From the NCBI GenBank assembly GCA_963752285.1, contig CAVVXN010000001.1:448001-512000 (forward strand): 64,000 nt of DNA, written 5' to 3'. Of the stretch, positions 57,152-64,000 are shown piece by piece; position 1 is the stretch's first letter; the number at the start of each line of letters is the position of its first letter. Below the pieces are notes generated by a model, which had not been told where the DNA came from, did not search any database, and was given only the letters and a program-made list of their open reading frames with translations. This DNA is from an uncultured Planctomycetota bacterium (GTDB taxonomy: Bacteria; Planctomycetota; PLA2; JAEUHO01). Position numbers and translations under genes: made by a program.

Positions 57152-58435
57152 ATGGGAACCGCGAAGCTGATCTTGGACGGACAGGAACGCGAGTACCCGA
57201 CGATCGTCGGGTCGGAGGGCGAGAAGGCCGTGGACCTGCGCAACCTGCGCAGCGACACCGGTTACATCACGTACGACCCCGGGTACGGCAATACGGGGGC
57301 GTGCCAGAGCGGCGTGACGTTCATCGACGGTGAGAAGGGGATCCTGCGCTATCGCGGGTACCCCATCGAGGATCTCGCCGAGTCGGCCACGTTCCCCGAG
57401 GTCTGTCACCTCCTCGTCCACGGGCACCTGCCGAGCAAGGACGAGTGGAAGACGTTCCGGGACCAGCTGACGCACCACACGCTGCTCCACGAGGACATGA
57501 AGAAGTTCTTCGAGGGCTTCCCTCCGCACGCGCACCCGATGGCGATCCTCAGCTCGATGGTGACGTCCCTCTCGACGTTCTATCCCGAGAAGAGCGGCGA
57601 CGACGACGAGCTCAACATCGTCCGCCTGCTCGCGAAGCTGCCGACGATCGCGGCCTTCTCGTACAAGAAGTCGAAGGGCCAGCCCTTCGTCTACCCGCGG
57701 AACGCTCTCACCTACTGCGGGAACTTCCTGCACATGATGTTCTCGGTTCCGAGCGAGGACTACCACGTCCCGCCGGTCCTCGAGAACGCGCTGAACCTGC
57801 TCTTGATCCTCCACGCGGACCACGAGCAGAACTGCAGCACCTCGACCGTGCGCATGGTCGGGAGCAGCCAGGCGAACCTCTTCGCCTCGATCGCAGCCGG
57901 CATCTGCGCCCTCTGGGGCCCGCTCCACGGCGGCGCGAACCAGAAGGTGATCGAGATGCTCGAGACGATCCGCAAGGACGGCGGCGACCTCGACAAGTAC
58001 GTGAAGCTCGCGAAGGACAAGGACTCGAACTTCCGTCTGATGGGCTTCGGACACCGCGTCTACAAGAACTTCGACCCGCGGGCCAAGATCCTCAAGAAGT
58101 CCGCCGACCAGGTCCTCTCGCAGCTGGGCGTCAAGGACCCGTTGCTCGACATCGCGAAGAAGCTCGAGGACGTCGCGGTCAAGGATCCCTACTTCGTCGA
58201 GCGGAAGCTGTACCCGAACGTGGACTTCTACAGCGGCATCATCTACCGCGCGATGGGCATCCCCACCGAGATGTTCACGGTGATGTTCGCCCTCGGTCGC
58301 CTGCCCGGCTGGATCGCGCAGTGGAAGGAGATGCGCCACGATCCGCACGGCCGCATCAACCGGCCGCGCCAGATCTACACGGGCGAGACGAAGCGCTCGC
58401 TCTCGAGCAAGGAGCGCGTCGTCCAGCACGCGTAG
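57152..58435 (+). CDS. gltA: Citrate synthase
   Basis: LRYRGYPIE, HADHEQNCST, GPLHGGAN, LMGFGHRVYK, YPNVDFYSG. Confidence 0.98.
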   Translation: MGTAKLILDGQEREYPTIVGSEGEKAVDLRNLRSDTGYITYDPGYGNTGACQSGVTFIDGEKGILRYRGYPIEDLAESATFPEVCHLLVHGHLPSKDEWKTFRDQLTHHTLLHEDMKKFFEGFPPHAHPMAILSSMVTSLSTFYPEKSGDDDELNIVRLLAKLPTIAAFSYKKSKGQPFVYPRNALTYCGNFLHMMFSVPSEDYHVPPVLENALNLLLILHADHEQNCSTSTVRMVGSSQANLFASIAAGICALWGPLHGGANQKVIEMLETIRKDGGDLDKYVKLAKDKDSNFRLMGFGHRVYKNFDPRAKILKKSADQVLSQLGVKDPLLDIAKKLEDVAVKDPYFVERKLYPNVDFYSGIIYRAMGIPTEMFTVMFALGRLPGWIAQWKEMRHDPHGRINRPRQIYTGETKRSLSSKERVVQHA

Positions 58436-58465
58436 CACGTCGGGTCGAGCATCCGAACGAACGTC

Positions 58466-58508
58466 GCGCGCGGCGGGGGCGAGAGCCCCGGCCGCGCGCT
58501 TTCGTTCT
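58466..58508 (+). terminator. Intrinsic terminator after gltA
   Basis: GCGCGCGGC..GGGGC-GAGA-GCCCC..GCCGCGCGC followed by TTTCGTTCT. Confidence 0.7.
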
Positions 58509-58688
58509 CGGGACCACGAGGCTTCGCGTGCGAACCGTCGCTCCGTCGCGGGCGCTCGCATTCCGCGCCGCATCTGGCGCGAACGGCGCGATCATCGCGG
58601 AGTCGTCTCGACATCGCCCGACCGGCCGCCGCGGCGCAGAGCCCACCGCCTCGCCCGCGGCGGTGCGCCGGTCGTAGGGGAGCGCGTC

Positions 58689-61367
58689 ATGTCCCTCCAC
58701 TATCTCGACCGGTTCTTCGAGCCCCGCTCCATCGCCCTCTTCGGAGCGAGCGTCCGCCCAGACAGCGTCGGCGGTCGCGTCTTCGAGAACCTCGTCCAGG
58801 GCGGCTTCGAGGGCCCCATCTACCCGATCAACCCCCGCCGCAAGGAGATCCTCGGCCGCCAGGCCTACCCCACGATCGCGGACATCGGGAAGCCGGTGGA
58901 CCTCGCCGTGGTCGCGACGCCGGCGGAGACGGTGCCGGAGGTCGTCCACCAGGCGGGCGAGCACGGCGTGCGCGCGGTGATCGTCCTCTCGGCCGGCTTC
59001 GGGGAGGCCGACGGGCAGGGCGCCGCGCTCATGCGGCCGCTCCTCCAGGAGGTCCACCGCTACGGGATGCGCCTGGTGGGGCCGAACTGCCTCGGCATCA
59101 TCACGCCGCGCCTCGGCATCAACGCGACGTTCTCCAAGAACGCCGCGAAGCCGGGCTCGCTCGCGCTCGTGTCGCAGTCGGGCGCGCTCTTGACGGCGAT
59201 CCTCGACTGGGCGGCGGCGAACCAGGTCGGGTTCTCGACCCTCGTGTCCCTCGGCTCCATGGCCGACGTGGACTTCGGGCAGGTCCTCGACTACCTCGCG
59301 CTCGACCCGAACACCGAGAGCATCCTCCTCTACGTCGAGGGCATCCGGAACGCCCGCCGCTTCGTGAGCGGGCTGCGCGTCGCCGCGCGGTTCAAGCCGA
59401 CGGTGGTGGTGAAGGCCGGACGCCACGAGGCGGGCTCACGGGCGGCCATGTCGCACACCGGCTCGCTCGTCGGCGCCGACGACGTGTTCGAGTGCGCGCT
59501 GCGCCGCACCGGCGCGGTCCGCGCGATGACCATCGAGCAGCTCTTCGCGGCCGCGCAGTTCCTCTCGACCCACCACCGCGTGGCCGGCGACCGCCTGGCC
59601 GTCGTGACGAATGCGGGCGGTCCCGGCGTGCTGGCCGCGGACCGGGCGACGGACCTCGGCGTCGAGATCGCCGACCTCGCGCCCGACACGACGGCGCGCC
59701 TGAACGAGGCGCTCCCCGCGGCCTGGTCGCACGGGAACCCGGTGGACATCCTGGGCGACGCGACGAGCGAGCGGTACACGGCGGCGGTCGAGGCCTGCGT
59801 CGCGGACCCGGGCGTAGACGGCGTGCTCGTCATGCTGACGCCCCAGGCCATGACCGACCCCACCGCGATCGCGAACGGCGTGGCCGCGACGGCCCACGGG
59901 TCGAAGAAGCCGATCCTCACCTGCTGGATGGGCGAGCAGCAGGTCCGCGCGGGCCGCGAGGTACTGGCGGCGGAGCGCGTCCCGACCTTCCCGAGCCCGG
60001 AGACGGCCGTCGAGGCGTTCGGGTACCTGGCGAGCTACCGCAAGAACCAGCAGCTCCTCGTGCAGGTGCCCGGTCCGCTCTCCCGGGTCGCGGAACCCGA
60101 CGTGGAAGGCGCGCGGCTGATCGTCGAGGGCGCGCTCGGCGAGGGCCGCACCCTCCTGACCGGGGCCGAGTCGAAGGCCGTGCTCAGCGCCTTCGGTGTC
60201 CCCGTGATGCCCTCGATGGACGCCCGGACGGCCAACGAGGCGCTCGTCGGGGCCCGCACCCTCGGGTTCCCCGTGGCGATGAAGATCAACGCCCTGAACC
60301 TGACGCACAAGTCCGACCTCGGTGGCGTGCGCCTCGGCGTGAGCAGCGCGCACGAGGTCCGGTCCGTCTTCAACGACATGATGGCGAACGTCCAGGCCCT
60401 CGCGCCCGAGGCGAACCTGCTCGGCGTCACCGTCGAGAAGATGTACCGGCACGCGCACGGTCGCGAGCTGCTCGTGGGCCTCCTGCGCGACCCGGTGTTC
60501 GGCCCCGTCGTGACCTTCGGCGCGGGGGGCACCGCGGTCGAGGTGATGCGCGACCGCGCGGTGGCCCTCCCGCCGCTCAACGCCTTCCTCGCGCGCGAGA
60601 TGATCCAGCAGACGCGCGTCGCGAAGCTCCTCGGCGCGTTCCGGAACATGCCGCCGGTGAACCTCGACGCCGTGATCGACGTCCTCCTCCGCGTTTCCGC
60701 CCTCGCCTGCGAGCTGCCGCACGTGCAGGAGCTCGACATCAACCCCCTGACGGCCGACGCGGACGGCGCGGTCGCGCTCGACGCCCGGATCGGCGTCGCG
60801 CTCCCCGCGCCCGAGCTCGGGCGCTACGAGCACATGGCGATCCACCCCTATCCCGCGAACCTCGAGACCCGGGTCCAGCTCGCCGACGGCCAGGACATCC
60901 GGATCCGCCCGATCCGGCCCGAGGACGCCTCGCTCGAGCAGGAGTTCGTGCGCCGGCTCTCGCCCGAGTCGAAGTACTTCCGCTTCATGCGGAGCCTGAA
61001 CGAGCTGACGCCCGAGATGCTGGTCCGCTTCACGCAGATCGACTACGACCGCGAGATGGCCTTCCTGGCCACCCTCGGGACGGACGGCAACGAGAAGGAG
61101 ATCGCCGTCGGCCGGTACGTCACGAACCCGGACGCCAAGACCTGCGAGTTCGCGCTCGTGGTCGCGGACGAGTACCGTCGCCTGGGCATCGGGTCCCGGA
61201 TCATGATGGCGCTCATGGAGTCGGCGAAGGGCCGGGGCCTCCGCTCGATCGAGGGCGAGGTGCTCGCGAACAACGCCGCCATGCTCCACCTGATGACGCG
61301 CCTCGGCTTCGTGGTCCGCCCGAGCGCCGACGACCCGAGCGTGAAGCTCATCTCCAAGGAGCTCTGA
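58689..61367 (+). CDS. Acetate-CoA ligase-like / GNAT fusion (Pat/YfiQ-type protein lysine acetyltransferase)
   Basis: GPNCLG, SQSG, SHTGSL, NPVDILGDA, ATP-grasp ELDINPL, C-terminal GNAT (FTQIDYDREMA, GIGSR). Confidence 0.92.
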   Translation: MSLHYLDRFFEPRSIALFGASVRPDSVGGRVFENLVQGGFEGPIYPINPRRKEILGRQAYPTIADIGKPVDLAVVATPAETVPEVVHQAGEHGVRAVIVLSAGFGEADGQGAALMRPLLQEVHRYGMRLVGPNCLGIITPRLGINATFSKNAAKPGSLALVSQSGALLTAILDWAAANQVGFSTLVSLGSMADVDFGQVLDYLALDPNTESILLYVEGIRNARRFVSGLRVAARFKPTVVVKAGRHEAGSRAAMSHTGSLVGADDVFECALRRTGAVRAMTIEQLFAAAQFLSTHHRVAGDRLAVVTNAGGPGVLAADRATDLGVEIADLAPDTTARLNEALPAAWSHGNPVDILGDATSERYTAAVEACVADPGVDGVLVMLTPQAMTDPTAIANGVAATAHGSKKPILTCWMGEQQVRAGREVLAAERVPTFPSPETAVEAFGYLASYRKNQQLLVQVPGPLSRVAEPDVEGARLIVEGALGEGRTLLTGAESKAVLSAFGVPVMPSMDARTANEALVGARTLGFPVAMKINALNLTHKSDLGGVRLGVSSAHEVRSVFNDMMANVQALAPEANLLGVTVEKMYRHAHGRELLVGLLRDPVFGPVVTFGAGGTAVEVMRDRAVALPPLNAFLAREMIQQTRVAKLLGAFRNMPPVNLDAVIDVLLRVSALACELPHVQELDINPLTADADGAVALDARIGVALPAPELGRYEHMAIHPYPANLETRVQLADGQDIRIRPIRPEDASLEQEFVRRLSPESKYFRFMRSLNELTPEMLVRFTQIDYDREMAFLATLGTDGNEKEIAVGRYVTNPDAKTCEFALVVADEYRRLGIGSRIMMALMESAKGRGLRSIEGEVLANNAAMLHLMTRLGFVVRPSADDPSVKLISKEL

Positions 61368-61483
61368 CCGGCCCTCGGCCGCGGCCCGGGTCCCCCACCT
61401 CCCTCGGCGTCGCGCGACCGGCCCCGCCGGCCGAGAGCGGCGAACGGGCGCGCCCGGTACACTCTGGACGGGAGCCCCGGCGC

Positions 61484-62224
61484 GTGACCGATCCGACCGA
61501 CTTCGACGTGCGCGTGGCGTGGGGCGAGCGAGGCGTTCTGTCGCTCGCGCCGACCTGCGACGCCCTCGTGATCGTGGACGTCTTGAGCTTCTCGACGACC
61601 GTCTCGATCGTGGTCTCGGCGGGCGCGACGGCCGTGCCAACCCCGCTTCGCCACGCGGAGGCCGACGCGCTCGGACGCGCTCTTGGCGCCGAGGTCGCGG
61701 GGCCGCGGGGCACGCGCCGCTACTCGCTCTCGCCCGTCTCGGTCCGCGGGATCCCGCCGACGACCCGGCTCGTGCTTCCCTCGCCGAACGGTTCCACCCT
61801 GTCGGCGCTCGCGGCGGAGCGCATCGGGCCCGCGGGCGGCGTCCTCGCGGGCAGCCTTCGAAACCGACGCGCGGTGGCCCGCGCGGCCGCGGGGCGGGGT
61901 CCGCGGGTCGGGGTGATCGCCGCGGGGGAGCGCTGGCCCGAGGACGGCTCGCTCCGCCCGGCGCTCGAGGACCTGGTCGGCGCCGGCGCGATCGTGGACG
62001 CGCTGCCCGGCCGTCGCGCCCCCGAGGCCGAGGCGGCCGTCGCGGCGTTTCGCGCCCTCTCGACCGGCGCGGCCGACGAGCTGGAACGGCACCTCCGGGC
62101 GTGCGTCTCGGGCCAGGAACTCGTCGCCCGAGGCTACGCGTCGGACGTCACGGCGGGCGCCGAGCTCGACGCCGACCCCGCCGCCCCGATCCTCCGAGAC
62201 GGCGCGTTCGTCGCCGCGCGGTAG
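61484..62224 (+). CDS. 2-phosphosulfolactate phosphatase (ComB) family protein
   Basis: VIVDVLSFSTT, SLSP, PSPNGS, SLRN, AAGERW, RPALEDLVGAG. Confidence 0.85.
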   Translation: MTDPTDFDVRVAWGERGVLSLAPTCDALVIVDVLSFSTTVSIVVSAGATAVPTPLRHAEADALGRALGAEVAGPRGTRRYSLSPVSVRGIPPTTRLVLPSPNGSTLSALAAERIGPAGGVLAGSLRNRRAVARAAAGRGPRVGVIAAGERWPEDGSLRPALEDLVGAGAIVDALPGRRAPEAEAAVAAFRALSTGAADELERHLRACVSGQELVARGYASDVTAGAELDADPAAPILRDGAFVAAR

Positions 62225-62314
62225 CGATCCGAGACCCCTCCGAGCCGAAGGGGAGCGGCTCCGGGTCCGTCCGTGCGGGCGCGGGGGCCACGCGGAGCTA
62301 GCATCCCTTCCCGC

Positions 62315-63505
62315 GTGCGCTGGACCCTCCTCGCGCTCCTCGTCCTCCTCGTCGCGCCCGGCCGCGCGTCCGCGGAGGCCGCCACGCGCCCGGCGCTGCC
62401 GCTCCGCACGGAGGGCCGGTGGATCGTCGACGCGAAGGGCAGGCGGTTCAAGCTCGCCGGCGTCAACTGGTACGGCGCCGAGGAGAAGGACTACGTCGTC
62501 GGCGGACTCGATCGCGCTCCGCTCGAGCGGATCGCGGCGTCGATCCGGACCATGGGGTTCAACTCGGTCCGCATCCCCTGGTCGAACGAGATGGTCGAGA
62601 AGAACCCGCGCGTGGGCGACGCGCACGTCGCGGCGAATCCCCGGCTCGCGGGAAAGCACGCGCTCGAGATCCTGGACGCGGTCGTGGACGCGCTCGGGGC
62701 CGAGGGGCTCGTCGTGATCCTCGACAACCACACGAGCGACGCGGACTGGCCGCACGGAGAGCGCGACGGCAACGGGCTCTGGTGGAACGACCGCTACCCG
62801 GAGAAGAGCTGGATCGCCGACTGGCGCGCCCTCGCACGCCGGTACGCGGCGACCCCCGCCGTCGTCGGCGCCGACTTGCGAAACGAGCCGCGACCGTCGT
62901 TCCTCCGCGACGGCAAACGCCGCGTGCCGGTGTGGGGCGGGGACGACCCGGAGGTCGACTGGAGGTCGGCCGCCGAGCGGTGCGGCAACGCCGTGCTCGA
63001 GGAGAACGCGAGCCTGCTCGTCTTCGTCGAGGGCGTGAGCTTCGCGTCGGACCTGTCGGGCGCGTATGCGAGCCCGATCCGGTTCCAGGTCCCCGGCCGG
63101 CTCGTCTGGTCGGCCCACGACTACGCCTGGTTCCACGAGGGCCTCCGGTCGGCTGGGGACCTCCACGCCGATCTCGGACGGCGATGGGGCTTCCTCCTCA
63201 CGAGCGGCCGGACGTTCACCGCGCCCGTCTGGGTCGGGGAGTTCGGGACCGCCCACACCTCGCCGGACGACGTCTACGCGCCTACGGGTCCCGGGCTGTG
63301 GTATCACGCGTTCCGGGCCTATCTCTACGACGCCGACATCGACTGGTGCTACTGGGCGCTCAACGGGACGCAGTCCAGGGGCGCGACCCGCACGCCCGGC
63401 GCCGAGGAGACGTTCGGCGTCTTCGACCGGGAATGGAAACGGCCCGCGCTCCCGCGCCATCTCGACGCGCTGAGGACGCTCCAACCCGCAACGCAGGGGC
63501 CGTGA
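62315..63505 (+). CDS. Secreted glycoside hydrolase family 5
   Basis: GVNWYG, GFNSVRIP, ILDNH, DLRNEP, SAHDY, WVGEFG, WCYWALNG. Confidence 0.92.
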   Translation: MRWTLLALLVLLVAPGRASAEAATRPALPLRTEGRWIVDAKGRRFKLAGVNWYGAEEKDYVVGGLDRAPLERIAASIRTMGFNSVRIPWSNEMVEKNPRVGDAHVAANPRLAGKHALEILDAVVDALGAEGLVVILDNHTSDADWPHGERDGNGLWWNDRYPEKSWIADWRALARRYAATPAVVGADLRNEPRPSFLRDGKRRVPVWGGDDPEVDWRSAAERCGNAVLEENASLLVFVEGVSFASDLSGAYASPIRFQVPGRLVWSAHDYAWFHEGLRSAGDLHADLGRRWGFLLTSGRTFTAPVWVGEFGTAHTSPDDVYAPTGPGLWYHAFRAYLYDADIDWCYWALNGTQSRGATRTPGAEETFGVFDREWKRPALPRHLDALRTLQPATQGP

Positions 63506-63535
63506 AGCCATCTCCCCGCAACCGGACGGGAGGAG

Positions 63536-63702
63536 GTGTCGTCCGGTGGCGTGGCGCTCGGCCCCGACCTGCTGCTGGAGACGCCGCGGCTGTTCCTTCG
63601 CCTCGTGCAGGCGGAGGATGCGGACGCGTGGTGGCGGGCGCTCTGGAAGGACGCCGCGGCGACGCGGTTCCTCCCGCCGCGCGGCTTCGTCAGGGCCGGC
63701 GG
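63536..63702 (+). pseudogene. N-terminal remnant of a RimJ/RimL-type GNAT acetyltransferase
   Basis: GGAGG SD; LETPRLFLR...EDADA..TRFL, then similarity is lost where the frame runs into the malQ 3' end. Confidence 0.5.
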
Positions 63703-64000
63703 CTACCGTTCGGCGCGGAGGGACGCGGCCAGCGCGCGGAAGCGGGGGTCGGCGGCCAGCTCGTCGACGGTCGCCGGGAGGCGACGGCGCCAGCTCGGGT
63801 ACCTGGCCTCCGTCGTGCCGGGGAGGTTCACCTGCTCCGTCACCCCGAGGACGTCCTCCAGCTGAACCGTGACGACCATCGACGGACCGCGCGCGACGTA
63901 GCGGTGGACGGCCGCCGCGAGCTCGGTCGTCATCTCGGGCCACGCGGAGAGGTCCGCGCCGCGGCCCGCGGGCAGGAGGCCCGCGCGCTCGAGCGCGTGG
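63703..64000 (-). CDS. malQ: 4-alpha-glucanotransferase C-terminus (5'-partial)
   Basis: VQLEDVLG..EQVNLPGT...YPSWRRRL. Confidence 0.88.
   Translation of the reverse strand, partial: HALERAGLLPAGRGADLSAWPEMTTELAAAVHRYVARGPSMVVTVQLEDVLGVTEQVNLPGTTEARYPSWRRRLPATVDELAADPRFRALAASLRAER

Noticed and set aside
61484..62224. Coenzyme M biosynthesis
   Set aside because: Stand-alone ComB-like genes are widespread; no comA/C/D/E nearby

Overview
Very GC-rich bacterial DNA with dense coding. The gene content (HEAT+VWA, secretin-N-only, DUF1800/DUF1501, TIGR03790) suggests Planctomycetota or a similar lineage, but that is an inference. I found no rRNA, tRNA, CRISPR array or transposase. 1-19.9 kb is a hopanoid locus (tandem MlaC/HpnM, HpnN, MlaA, shc, hpnH, hpnA, hpnG-like and a convergent single-enzyme squalene synthase). 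Inserted in it is a largely translationally coupled inositol cassette: flippase-like protein, START-like protein, Ino1, HAD hydrolase, nucleotidyltransferase, ATP-grasp protein with ITPK1-like motifs, class-III aminotransferase, Gfo/Idh/MocA dehydrogenase and DIPPS-like CDP-alcohol phosphotransferase. This is the best candidate for an undescribed pathway, possibly making a phospho-/amino-inositol lipid or hopanoid headgroup. Other notable items: (1) an orphan NifB-like protein that has lost its radical-SAM cysteines; (2) a sigma54 circuit made of an FHA-GAF-AAA activator, a 13-bp inverted-repeat enhancer candidate, a -24/-12 promoter, a Hanks kinase and a coiled-coil protein; (3) a probable secreted Cys-Sec selenoprotein with a SECIS-like hairpin that the ORF track splits in two; (4) a second possible small selenoprotein; (5) a sigma54-driven candidate sRNA/leader with CCUCC tracts; (6) several genes that appear to need non-canonical ATC/CTG starts. 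The right end is housekeeping (lemA, msrB, TlpA-TPR, gltA, Pat-type acetyltransferase, ComB-like, GH5, partial malQ). All family calls come from motif recognition by eye, not database searches.
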